Part shown: positions 17,546 through 25,650 of the stretch, piece after piece
Position numbering within the stretch: the stretch's first letter is position 1
Layout of the letters: the number at the start of each line of letters is the position of its first letter
Virus record (IMG/VR): IMGVR_UViG_2939786809_000002
Location: 3,141-67,140 of that record
Length of the DNA: 64,000 nt
DNA from: a virus
Strand: one strand, 5' to 3'
Made by a program: the position numbers and the translations under genes
Notes under the pieces: generated by a model
Database searches by the model: none
The model's input: the letters and a program-made list of their open reading frames with translations, nothing else
What the model was told of the DNA's origin: nothing

Positions 17546-17874
17546 ACACCCTGTCGCCCCGGCAGCGCACCATCCTCTGGCACCGCGCCCAAGGCCTGTC
17601 CGGCCCGCAGATCGCCCACACCATGCACCTCGCCGTGGCCACGATCAGCTACCACGAAAAGGTCATCTGCCACACCCTGCGGGCCACGAACATCACCCAC
17701 GCCGTCCACCTCGGCCACCTCCACCACCTCATCGGCAGCCGGCCCGACTGCGGGGATCGGGCCGCCTACCTCCGGCACCTCCGCCGCGACGAACCGACCT
17801 GCCCCGCCTGCAAAGCCGCCAACGCCGAACACGCTGTTGCGCAACGCGCCGGCCAACTGAAAGAGGCAGCATGA
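17542..17874 (+). CDS. LuxR-type HTH regulator with C-terminal Cys/His motif
   Basis: LSPRQRTILWHRAQGLSGPQIAHTMHLAVATISYH; CGDRAAYLRHLRRDEPTCPAC. Confidence 0.8.
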   Translation: MNTLSPRQRTILWHRAQGLSGPQIAHTMHLAVATISYHEKVICHTLRATNITHAVHLGHLHHLIGSRPDCGDRAAYLRHLRRDEPTCPACKAANAEHAVAQRAGQLKEAA

Positions 17875-18407
17875 GCGACACGATCACCGCCCCGTGGACC
17901 AGCGAACAGGTCGCCGCCCTCGAAGCGTTCCAGACCGCCAGCGGCATGCATCCGTTCACCTGCGGCGGCGACCAGCACAGCCTCCCGCCGACCCTGGTCC
18001 CGTCCCACTCCGGGTGGTACTGCCCCGACCCCGCCTGCGACTACCAGCAGGACTGGGCGCACACGTTCATGACCAACCCGTCAGCCTGGCCGAAGCCGTT
18101 CGGGGAGCGGCACGGGCCGACACCGGAGGAGGCCCGCGACGCCGTCCTCGCCGCCATCAGCAACCAGTCCGCCGCCAACATCCCGGGTGCCACCACGGAG
18201 CAGCTCCCCGCCGACGTGCTGGCCCTCCTCGACACCGGCCGGTACCTGTCGACCGCCTGCGAAACCGGGCGGCTCCTCGACGGGGCCGTCATCCGCAACC
18301 CCGACCGCGGCGACCTGCCCGGGTGGCGGGACCGGCTGCACACTAGGTGCCGGCTCAATCAGAAATTCACTGGGGAGACCTGTTCCTGCTCGTGCCACCA
18401 CCGCTGA
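17871..18407 (+). CDS. mosaic hypothetical protein
   Basis: HPFTCG...GWYCPDPACDYQQDWAH; last gene before a hairpin. Confidence 0.7.
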   Translation: MSDTITAPWTSEQVAALEAFQTASGMHPFTCGGDQHSLPPTLVPSHSGWYCPDPACDYQQDWAHTFMTNPSAWPKPFGERHGPTPEEARDAVLAAISNQSAANIPGATTEQLPADVLALLDTGRYLSTACETGRLLDGAVIRNPDRGDLPGWRDRLHTRCRLNQKFTGETCSCSCHHR

Positions 18408-18420
18408 CCCCGGACGCACC

Positions 18421-18450
18421 GCGGCCCCCACCCAGACGGGTAGGGGCCGC
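18421..18450. terminator. hairpin at the convergence of the early operon and the leftward block
   Basis: GCGGCCCC...GGGGCCGC stem between convergent genes. Confidence 0.55.
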
Positions 18451-18457
18451 AGTCATG

Positions 18458-18769
18458 TCAGCCGTCCACCAGGTCGTTCCGGAAGGGTGACTCGATCGCC
18501 ATCCCGCCCGGCAGGAGGCGCTTCAGCGTGTTCGCGAGTTGCAGGCACGGCTCGTAGCAGGTGCCGTCACCCGCAGCCACAATCCGCAATCCGATGATTG
18601 CCGCCTCCAACTGCGCCGCCCCCACGGTCACACCCGGCCCCGACGGGCCGTCAAGCAGCCCCCACATGTGCGCCTCCAGCTTGTCGATCGGAGGCGCGTG
18701 AAGGGCCGGCAGGTGCTCATCGAACCCAGACAGGTCGACGGCTGCTCCAGATGCTGTGTCAACGGTCAT
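18458..18769 (-). CDS. hypothetical protein
   Basis: MTVDTASGAAVDLSGFDEHLP...; start uncertain. Confidence 0.55.
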   Translation of the reverse strand: MTVDTASGAAVDLSGFDEHLPALHAPPIDKLEAHMWGLLDGPSGPGVTVGAAQLEAAIIGLRIVAAGDGTCYEPCLQLANTLKRLLPGGMAIESPFRNDLVDG

Positions 18770-18824
18770 GCCCCAGTAACTCGACAGGTCGCTCCCGGTT
18801 ACGCAGCCGATGGGGCCACGGCCC

Positions 18825-19061
18825 TCAGAACCGCATCGCCGGATGACACCGCTGGCACAACGTCGTCGTCGGCAGGCCGTCATGGCCGGTTGTCTCCCGC
18901 CGGCGCGTCACCTCGTCACAGTCCGCATCCCCGCAGTACGCCACCGTCTCCCAGCCCTGCGGCCTCGACCCGTTCCGGCCTTCCTCCTCCAGGCGCCCCC
19001 ACGAGTCCTGGTACGGCTTGTGCGGGCCCGGACGCCCGGCGAGCTGCATCCACCCGCTCAC
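18825..19061 (-). CDS. hypothetical protein
   Basis: Short ORF in a minus-strand run; Cys pairs. Confidence 0.4.
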   Translation of the reverse strand: MSGWMQLAGRPGPHKPYQDSWGRLEEEGRNGSRPQGWETVAYCGDADCDEVTRRRETTGHDGLPTTTLCQRCHPAMRF

Positions 19062-19093
19062 GATGGCGTCCGCGCCCTCCAGGGGGCGGCGAG

Positions 19094-19387
19094 CTACGGC
19101 GTGGGCGGGTTGATCGTGAAGGAGAGACCGACATCGATGGTGGCCGCGATGCCCATATCGCTCCTATAGCCCGACTCGGTGTAGACGTGGTTGTACTCCG
19201 CGTGGAAGAAGACGGCCTCCATCCGGGTGCCGCACAGGCCGTTCTTGTCGCTATCCATCGTGGTTGACGCCCACGCCACGACCTGGTGTTCCTCGTCAGG
19301 GTGTTTGCCGTCCGCCCACTCCACAGTGACCGTCCACCCCGGCTGGGCAGCAGCAAGGGCCGTGACGTTGCCCGGTGCCAGATTCAT
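19094..19387 (-). CDS. hypothetical protein
   Basis: RBS ggagg upstream on the minus strand; MNLAPGNVTALAAAQPGWTV... Confidence 0.65.
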   Translation of the reverse strand: MNLAPGNVTALAAAQPGWTVTVEWADGKHPDEEHQVVAWASTTMDSDKNGLCGTRMEAVFFHAEYNHVYTESGYRSDMGIAATIDVGLSFTINPPTP

Positions 19388-19455
19388 CAGATACCTCCAT
19401 CGTTCACCGCGGGAACCGGGTCAGCCAGTCCGGCAACGGCTTCCCCTCCCGGGCG

Positions 19456-20121
19456 TCAGTTCCAGGAGGTGCACGCACCCGTCGGCACCAGATAGAAGAT
19501 CTCCGTGGACGCCCTTACGGCCTTGACAGGGTCCGAGTCGCCGAAGTCGAACCACTCTCCGACCATCTGCCTATCAACGAAGCGCCTGTGCAGGTGGGCC
19601 TCCAGCTCTGCGCCACCGCCGAACGACCACAGCACCCGCAGCTCGTAAGCAGACCCAGTCTGGAGGCCGCTCAACCGCCGTTGAAGATTCGATGTAGTCC
19701 CGATCTTCACCACCCCGCTCCGGCCGTCGCCGATCACATACACGACGTTCCCCGCTCCCCGGCGAGGCAAGTGATGAGGACCCCGCTCGGCGACACTCCA
19801 GGAATGCGGCACATCAGTGACCTCCAGCACCGTGTAGAAGACCCCCGAGTTCGCTCGCATCCGCAGGCGCCGCATGTAACCCGCGCCCTCCAGCTCCGAG
19901 AACAGCGCCCGCATCGCGCGCCGCCCCTCACCGGCCGCGTCCCCGCGTGCCTGGCGGGCAGCCCGCGACAACTCGTCGGCGTTGGCCTCCCAGCCCTCCG
20001 GCCGGGCAAGAACGTCCAGCAGCAGCCCGCGCGCCGCATAGGTCAACCGGTCGTCCAGCGCCAAGGCCGCCGGAACGGACAGGCCACCCGCCGAGGCTGA
20101 CCGGTAGATGCGCATAGCCAT
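19456..20121 (-). CDS. HTH (replication-protein-like) fused to GIY-YIG/T5orf172 nuclease domain
   Basis: N-terminal RLTYAARGLLLDVLARPEGW; C-terminal VYVI...VKIGTT...RRLSGLQTG...LEAHLHRRF...GEWF. Confidence 0.8.
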   Translation of the reverse strand: MAMRIYRSASAGGLSVPAALALDDRLTYAARGLLLDVLARPEGWEANADELSRAARQARGDAAGEGRRAMRALFSELEGAGYMRRLRMRANSGVFYTVLEVTDVPHSWSVAERGPHHLPRRGAGNVVYVIGDGRSGVVKIGTTSNLQRRLSGLQTGSAYELRVLWSFGGGAELEAHLHRRFVDRQMVGEWFDFGDSDPVKAVRASTEIFYLVPTGACTSWN

Positions 20122-20187
20122 TGAAACCCCCACGTCGAAGAAGAGGCCGGGCAGCTGGTGCTGCCCGGCCGTGAGAAACCGCAGGGG

Positions 20188-20625
20188 CTAGCGGGCGGCC
20201 CGCACCATCGCCCGCACCTTCTGCGCCACCGCAACCAGGCCGTCAGCGAACGCGTCAGCCCCATCCAGCGGCACGAACGCGTCGAACCCGCCGCCATCCG
20301 CCACATACAGATGCGGCTTCCGCAACTCCGGGTTCGAACTACCCGGCTCACACGACACCTGGACGTGGGCGAGGAGTTGCACCTCGCCATCCAGATCCGT
20401 CAACGTCACGTCCGCCATCTCGCTGCCGTGATCCAGATCCGCGAGATGCTTCACCGACGACGCCACATGATCCTCGACGCAGAACGCGGGGCACTCAACC
20501 CAGATGCGAACACCGTCAACCAAGGCGGGGCGGAGACGAGGAGCCAGCGGCGGGGGCGGAACCGGGGCCGACAGGACCGGGGCGGGGGAGGGCAGCACCG
20601 ACGACTTGTTTTCGGTTACGCTCAT
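20188..20625 (-). CDS. conserved actinomycete mobile-element protein (DUF6907-like)
   Basis: ECPAFCVEDH...LDH motif; RBS gaagaagg. Confidence 0.6.
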   Translation of the reverse strand: MSVTENKSSVLPSPAPVLSAPVPPPPLAPRLRPALVDGVRIWVECPAFCVEDHVASSVKHLADLDHGSEMADVTLTDLDGEVQLLAHVQVSCEPGSSNPELRKPHLYVADGGGFDAFVPLDGADAFADGLVAVAQKVRAMVRAAR

Positions 20626-20687
20626 GACGAGACCTTCTTCCTGGACGGAGACGGTTGAAGACCAGACGGGTGGTGCCGCTGGTCACA

Positions 20688-20718
20688 GGCCGGGCGGATG
20701 ATGACCGCCCGGCCTTTT
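20688..20718 (+). terminator. intrinsic terminator-like hairpin
   Basis: GGCCGGGCGG...CCGCCCGGCC followed by TTTT. Confidence 0.55.
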
Positions 20719-21355
20719 GACGTCCCCGGGGCGGTGAACCCCGAGGTGCTGCAGCGCCGGCTGGTGAGGCCGACGACGTGAGAAGAACGCTAGATCAGGC
20801 CAGGGGAGGCCTGTGCTGCATTGAGACTCCGGTGCGGCCTCCGTAATTCTCAGCACTGGGAATTCGCTGAGCCTCTACGCCGCAGGTCAGGTCAGTTCTT
20901 CCTTGTCGAAGCGATCCAGCGGACCTCTCTGACCTCGAACAACTCCCCGGCCCGAGCAACCTTTCTCGCGAGAAACCTTGCTCTCCGGCTCAGGCAAAAG
21001 CCCCATAACCAACTCCGAGACTCTGGCCAAAAACGACCAGTCCACATCAGCCGTCACGCAACATCCGCAAGGCCACGGACTGGCCGCTGCCCCCACCTAG
21101 ACCAACGGACGGAACAAGCGCCGGGTTATGCACGACCAGTCCCCTCTGCCGACCGCCGAGACGACGCTAGAACAAGCCGCCAGGGACAGGACGGGAAGCG
21201 GACACCGTTCAGCGGCAACCGCAACACGTTAGCGTATTGAGAAGGACACCTTTCCGCAGGTCAGTGACCTGGTGAAGGATCCTGCACCCCTCGGGGAAAC
21301 GTGCGCCGAAACGGGCAAAGCGGGCAAAACGAGGGGTTGGAAAACGTGGCCGGAA

Positions 21356-21982
21356 CTAAGTTGCCGGGTTCCGTCGCCCATGGGGGCGCAGCCGGTTCTC
21401 CGGGTCGGTCACGAACAGGCCGAAGCCGTGCAGGAGGGTCAGCCGGCCTTCCCGTCGAAGGATTCGAATGGCGTGGGTGGCGACTGTCTTCCCTGTGCCC
21501 GTGGCTTCGCCGAGCGCGCGGCAGTTGGGAATCCTGGACCCCGGCGGCCATCTGTCCGAGGTGATCTCCAGGCGGATCAGGTCGGCGAGCTTCTCCGCCC
21601 TGCCGCCGCGCCCAGGAAGCTGGGGCCAAGTCTCGGGATCGAACGGCGCCAGGGTGTAGTTGTGGGCCCCGTTGAATCGGGGAGCCTCCGCTCGGATGGC
21701 GATCTCCTCGGCGGCGAAGGCTGCGTCCCGGGATGGAAGCCACTCCACGCGGCTCCTGGCCACATCGGGCCACCAGGCGCGGAACATCTTGTGGCGCTCC
21801 CAGCGGGCCTCGGGGTTGTTGCTGATCCCGATGTAGAGCAGCCGTTCGTCGGTGCCGTAGAGGCGGTAGAGCGCGGTGCGCTCGGGTGGTTCGGCCCCCG
21901 CGTCCTTTCGATCCGGGAGGGCCTGGAGGCTCGGGTGGCCGGTGGGGCGAGGAGTGCTCAAGGCGTACTTTCCTTTCGGCAC
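21356..21982 (-). CDS. GIY-YIG nuclease domain fused to GntR-type winged helix
   Basis: ALYRLY...LLYIGISNNP..RW..H...WW...AEEIAI..E.P.FN, then LADLIRLEI...WPPGSRIP...G...FV. Confidence 0.8.
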   Translation of the reverse strand: MPKGKYALSTPRPTGHPSLQALPDRKDAGAEPPERTALYRLYGTDERLLYIGISNNPEARWERHKMFRAWWPDVARSRVEWLPSRDAAFAAEEIAIRAEAPRFNGAHNYTLAPFDPETWPQLPGRGGRAEKLADLIRLEITSDRWPPGSRIPNCRALGEATGTGKTVATHAIRILRREGRLTLLHGFGLFVTDPENRLRPHGRRNPAT

Positions 21983-22044
21983 GCATGGTGACCATCGCGA
22001 TTCACGCGGTTGCTCCGTGTTGTCGCACGCCCACCGTGACCTAT

Positions 22045-22058
22045 CTCCTTCGAAGGAG
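22045..22058. promoter_or_regulatory. putative Kor/GntR operator O1
   Basis: Perfect 14-bp palindrome CTCCTTCGAAGGAG between the divergent GIY-YIG-GntR and GntR genes. Confidence 0.75.
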
Positions 22059-22143
22059 TCAAGGGCTTCGCGGGTTTCGCCCACTTCGCGCGCCAGATCG
22101 GGGGGTGGCTAACATCTTCGAAGGGGTCGATTTAGGAGGAGTT

Positions 22144-22896
22144 TTGGCACCACGCAAGGGAGAACCCGGGCGGTTCCTGTACAAGGAGCTCGCGGCGGAG
22201 TTTCGGGCGCAGATCCAGTCGGGTGCGCTGGCCCCTGGCGACGCGCTGCCAAGTGAGGCTGCCCTGATGGAGGGGCGCGGTCTCGCGCGGTCAACTGTTC
22301 GCCAGGCATACGACCTCCTGAAGGCCGAAGGCCTGGCGACGGCCAAGCAGGGCAAGGGTGTCTTCGCGCTCAACCCCAAGAAGGTCATCCGGAACGCGCA
22401 GAAGCGGCTGTCCCGAGAGGTCTGGGAGTCTGGGCGGTCGATCTGGAGCGTTGACCTCGAAGGGCGTGATCCAGACGCCGAGGTCGAAGTTGACGCGGAG
22501 ATCGAAGCTCCGGAGTACATCGCGGGGGTGTTGGATAGCCGCCGCGTATGTCGCCGGCGCCGGGTCTTCTCCCTCGATGACCGTACCCTCCAGGTCGCAA
22601 CCTCCTACCTGGATGCCAGCCTTGCGGCTGCTGCTGGCATCGGGCAGGTCGACACCGGGCCCGGGGGGATGTACGCGCGGCTTGCGGACATCGGGCGCGC
22701 GCCCGTGGCTGCGAAAGAGCGCATCAGGAGTCGTGTGGCCATGCCGGACGAGGTGGACGTCCTTGAGGTGGGTGTCGGCTCGTGCGTCATCGTCATCGAG
22801 CGCACGGTCACTGATGCCGAGGGTCGAATCTTGGAGGTCAACGAGATGACGCTCGATGCTGCTCGCTACATCCTGGAGTACGACTTCAACCTCTAG
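22144..22896 (+). CDS. korSA: GntR/UTRA (HutC-type) repressor, KorSA/KorA/TraR-like
   Basis: RBS aggagg plus TTG; LYKELAAEFRAQIQSGALAPGDALPSE...STVRQAY...GKGVF; UTRA C-terminus; heads a tra/spd operon. Confidence 0.85.
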   Translation: MAPRKGEPGRFLYKELAAEFRAQIQSGALAPGDALPSEAALMEGRGLARSTVRQAYDLLKAEGLATAKQGKGVFALNPKKVIRNAQKRLSREVWESGRSIWSVDLEGRDPDAEVEVDAEIEAPEYIAGVLDSRRVCRRRRVFSLDDRTLQVATSYLDASLAAAAGIGQVDTGPGGMYARLADIGRAPVAAKERIRSRVAMPDEVDVLEVGVGSCVIVIERTVTDAEGRILEVNEMTLDAARYILEYDFNL

Positions 22897-22910
22897 CGTC
22901 GCCATTCATC

Positions 22911-22943
22911 GGGCCCCGCAGGCACTGCCTGTGGGGCCCTTTT
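22911..22943 (+). terminator. Rho-independent terminator after the kor gene
   Basis: GGGCCCCGCAGGC-ACT-GCCTGTGGGGCCC-TTTT. Confidence 0.8.
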
Positions 22944-22984
22944 GCGTGCCCGGAAACTCTGCGAACTCTGACCGCTGAGCAAGC

Positions 22985-23041
22985 TTGACAACTCCTTCGA
23001 AGGAGGCCATGGTTAACCCATCGCCTTCTCCTTCGAAGGAG
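22985..23041 (+). promoter_or_regulatory. transfer-operon promoter with two Kor operators (O2, O3)
   Basis: TTGACA at 22985; CTCCTTCGAAGGAG at 22992-23005 (in the spacer) and 23028-23041; candidate -10 CATGGT at 23008. Confidence 0.78.
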
Positions 23042-23067
23042 TCAACCGGCTAGCTATTGGAGATCGA

Positions 23068-23310
23068 ATGACGACCGACACCAGGAGCCACGAGCCCACC
23101 CCGGGCGATGAGCTGCTGACCGCTAAGCAGATCGCCGAGATCATGAAGGTCCACGTGGCGACCGTCTACCGCCTCGCGGACAGCGGCGAGCTGCGCGCCA
23201 TGCGGTTCGGCCGGGGAGAGAGTCGGCGGCGAGGCTTCCGGTGCTGGAAGTCAGTCGTCCTGGACTTCATGCGCGACTCGGAATACCCCGCCGAGGAGGC
23301 TGCGGCATGA
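23068..23310 (+). CDS. excisionase-like HTH_17 DNA-binding protein
   Basis: LLTAKQIAEIMKVHVATVYRLADSGELRAMRFG. Confidence 0.8.
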   Translation: MTTDTRSHEPTPGDELLTAKQIAEIMKVHVATVYRLADSGELRAMRFGRGESRRRGFRCWKSVVLDFMRDSEYPAEEAAA

Positions 23311-23546
23311 CCCCGCCGATCACCCCCGCTGAGCGTGTGGCTGCTGTTCGCCGGTTTGGCACCCCGGCCGGCCCGGAGGTGATCGCCGAGGCGGTTGCCC
23401 TCCTGGAGGCTCTCCTTGCTGCTGCTACCGGGCACGGTGTGACCTTGGCCGACTTCGACGATGCGATCGACCTTCCCGGCGGGTGCCTCGACGTGGTGGT
23501 CGGTATCGCCCGGCAGGCTGAGCGTGCCGCCGAAAGGCGGCGGTGA
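23307..23546 (+). CDS. hypothetical protein
   Basis: ATGA/GTGA-coupled. Confidence 0.6.
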   Translation: MTPPITPAERVAAVRRFGTPAGPEVIAEAVALLEALLAAATGHGVTLADFDDAIDLPGGCLDVVVGIARQAERAAERRR

Positions 23547-23686
23547 CCGTGCTCGGGTCCGCTGACCTCTGTATCGCCGACCAGGCCACGAAGCGCGCCA
23601 TACACCGGGCCGCGCAGGCCGCGAAGGACGCCGAGGCCGCTAAGGCTCGCCGTGAGGCCGCCGAGAAGGCGCGCAAGACCCACTGA
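23543..23686 (+). CDS. small basic helical protein
   Basis: MTVLGSADLCIADQATKRAIHRAAQAAKDAEAAKARREAAEKARKTH; coupled start. Confidence 0.55.
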   Translation: MTVLGSADLCIADQATKRAIHRAAQAAKDAEAAKARREAAEKARKTH

Positions 23687-23782
23687 CCGCCGTGCTGGCG
23701 GGTTGACCAACCCCCGCGGTCCCCGCCAGCACGGCTTCCTACCCCCCTCAACACCCCCACCACTTACTCGAAGGGCACTTCC

Positions 23783-24085
23783 ATGTCTCCTTACGTCTCG
23801 AACGTGACCAGCCTGTTCTCCGGCGACCTCGCCACCGTGTCCGCGTCGATCCGGGACGCCGGCCGGGACATTCTCAACGCCGACATCGACCTGGCCCGCC
23901 AGGAGGCGGACGGCATCGACGCGGCGGAGATCGTCACCCACTACGTGGCGGCCCGCGGCAACTACGGCATCCGGCACTGGCTGCGGTCTCTGGCGGCCGA
24001 GTACGACGCGGCGCAGCCGTTCGGGCCGCGGCTCGTGGACGAGCTCGACCAGCTGGACGGCGTGCACACCCTGGCCGCCGCCTGA
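23783..24085 (+). CDS. hypothetical protein
   Basis: RBS gaaggg; high GC3. Confidence 0.65.
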   Translation: MSPYVSNVTSLFSGDLATVSASIRDAGRDILNADIDLARQEADGIDAAEIVTHYVAARGNYGIRHWLRSLAAEYDAAQPFGPRLVDELDQLDGVHTLAAA

Positions 24086-24189
24086 TGCGCGCCCGAATCC
24101 GGCGCACACTTCGCGCCCTCGCCTGGCTCTGCGGCAACTGCAACACGAACAACCCGAGTGAAGAGCCCGTTTGCCTCACCTGCAGCTGA
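24085..24189 (+). CDS. 34-aa protein with RanBP2-type zinc-finger signature
   Basis: TGATG-coupled; MRARIRRTLRALAWLCGNCNTNNPSEEPVCLTCS fits W-x-C-x2-C-x3-N-x6-C-x2-C. Confidence 0.6.
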   Translation: MRARIRRTLRALAWLCGNCNTNNPSEEPVCLTCS

Positions 24190-24282
24190 CCCCGGCCCGC
24201 TCTGTCGTCCCCAGCCCCCACAGCTGGTGGCGGCAGAGAGGCCCGGGAGTCACCCGGACCCGAACTCAGGTTGGAGGCCCCC

Positions 24283-24483
24283 ATGGGCCGATTCAGGAAG
24301 ACCGCCGAAGAGAAGAAGGCCGTCGCCAAGATGAAGGCCGCGGACGCCGCCCTCAACGAGAACTCGGACCGGGAGTTCAGGGCCGGGATCCGGGAGGAGA
24401 CCCCCGAGTACCAGCGGCTCAACGGTGCGGCGAACGAGGCCGCGGCGGAGGTGTCGTGGTGGCACGGCGGTACCGGGCGCTGA
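24283..24483 (+). CDS. hypothetical protein
   Basis: RBS ggagg; MGRFRKTAEEKK... Confidence 0.65.
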   Translation: MGRFRKTAEEKKAVAKMKAADAALNENSDREFRAGIREETPEYQRLNGAANEAAAEVSWWHGGTGR

Positions 24484-24511
24484 CCCAACCCCGAACCGGA
24501 AGGACTCCTCC

Positions 24512-24592
24512 GTGAGCGACACCGAGCCGATCTTCGCGAGTGACGACAACGGACTGCGCGGCGCGACCGAAGACGAGGACACCGACGACTGA
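24512..24592 (+). CDS. 26-aa acidic peptide
   Basis: RBS gaagga; MSDTEPIFASDDNGLRGATEDEDTDD; coupled to the next ATG. Confidence 0.45.
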   Translation: MSDTEPIFASDDNGLRGATEDEDTDD

Positions 24593-24792
24593 TGTGCCAG
24601 TGCCCCGACAGCAACGCCCGCCGGGGTGACCCGTGCGCGAACCACTGCCCGCAGGAACTCGACCACGAGCACTACTTCGCCCAGGACCGGCCCGCACCGT
24701 GCGGGTGCACTCCCATCACCAGGCAGCCCGGCCGTATCCGGCGGGCACTCACCCGAAAGGACCGCCATGGGCCTGTTCACCCGGATCACTGA
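24592..24792 (+). CDS. small Cys/His-rich protein
   Basis: MCQC...C..HC...H..PCGC; TGATG coupling. Confidence 0.5.
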   Translation: MCQCPDSNARRGDPCANHCPQELDHEHYFAQDRPAPCGCTPITRQPGRIRRALTRKDRHGPVHPDH

Positions 24793-25015
24793 CACCGCGA
24801 CCGAGGTCACCGGCCACGCCAGCCTGACCAGGGATATCCGCAAGGCCGTCAAGGGCGGCGACCAGGAGGCTGCGGCCACGTTCCGGACCGGCACCCTGGC
24901 GGCTGCGCTGACGACCAAGGGCTGCCATGCCCGCGGTCAGGAGGTTGTGGCCTACGTCGAGCAGGTTGTTGCCGCGGACGGCGACGGCCGGCGCACCGGC
25001 TGGCTGAACCGCTGA
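24767..25015 (+). CDS. hypothetical protein
   Basis: RBS aaagga; MGLFTRITDTA... Confidence 0.6.
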   Translation: MGLFTRITDTATEVTGHASLTRDIRKAVKGGDQEAAATFRTGTLAAALTTKGCHARGQEVVAYVEQVVAADGDGRRTGWLNR

Positions 25016-25107
25016 CCTATCAGCCCCGGCCCAGCCGTGAGGCGCCCGATCTAACCGGGCCCGGGGCGCTTCCCGCACCACCCGTCGAGCCCAGAAGGGC
25101 GCACCCC

Positions 25108-25302
25108 GTGAAGAAGCTGATGTTGATCGCCGCAGCCCTGGTGCTGCTGGTCCTGTTCCCCAACCTCGCGCAGGCGGTGGCCACCGTGCTGTCCGCGACC
25201 GTGCAGTTCGTGGCCGCCCAGCCGGTCCTCATCGGGTTCGCGCTCGGCGTCGCCACCTTCGCCCACCTCCGCGGCAAGAACCCCGCCACCGCCCGCATCT
25301 GA
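25108..25302 (+). CDS. small two-TM membrane protein (Spd-like)
   Basis: MKKLMLIAAALVLLVLFP...VLIGFALGVATF; lies in the tra operon. Confidence 0.65.
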   Translation: MKKLMLIAAALVLLVLFPNLAQAVATVLSATVQFVAAQPVLIGFALGVATFAHLRGKNPATARI

Positions 25303-25318
25303 CCGAGAGGACACCGCC

Positions 25319-25594
25319 ATGGACGCCGACACCCTGATCTACCAGTCGAAGAGGGCCCTGGATGGGGACCACCCCCGGCACGGCTTCCTCATCAAGGACG
25401 GGGCCGAGCAGGCATCGGCGCGCGCCCTCGTCGCCCTCGCCGAGCAGCAGCAGGAGACGAACCGTCACCTCGCCAGCATCGCCGAGAGCCTCGCCACGCT
25501 GGCCGACGCATCCACCAACCGCCCGAGCGCCCCGGCCACCGACCCCGAGCCGAAGCGCCGCCTCTGGCTCCCCACCCGCCGCAAGAACGCCTAG
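25319..25594 (+). CDS. hypothetical protein
   Basis: RBS gagagga; short coiled coil. Confidence 0.65.
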   Translation: MDADTLIYQSKRALDGDHPRHGFLIKDGAEQASARALVALAEQQQETNRHLASIAESLATLADASTNRPSAPATDPEPKRRLWLPTRRKNA

Positions 25595-25650
25595 TCGCAC
25601 CACAGAGCCGAACCCACTCGCCCCCACCCGTCCCGGAAGGACACACCGTC

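Noticed and set aside
20821-21240. ORFs 20821-21240 (+) and 20887-21096 (-)
   Set aside because: Atypical codon usage, no clear RBS or motifs; treated as non-coding, though a small minus-strand peptide cannot be excluded.
23068-23310. Xis-like gene as proof of an autonomous AICE
   Set aside because: No integrase, RepSA-type replicase or att repeat is visible in or beside the module within this window.
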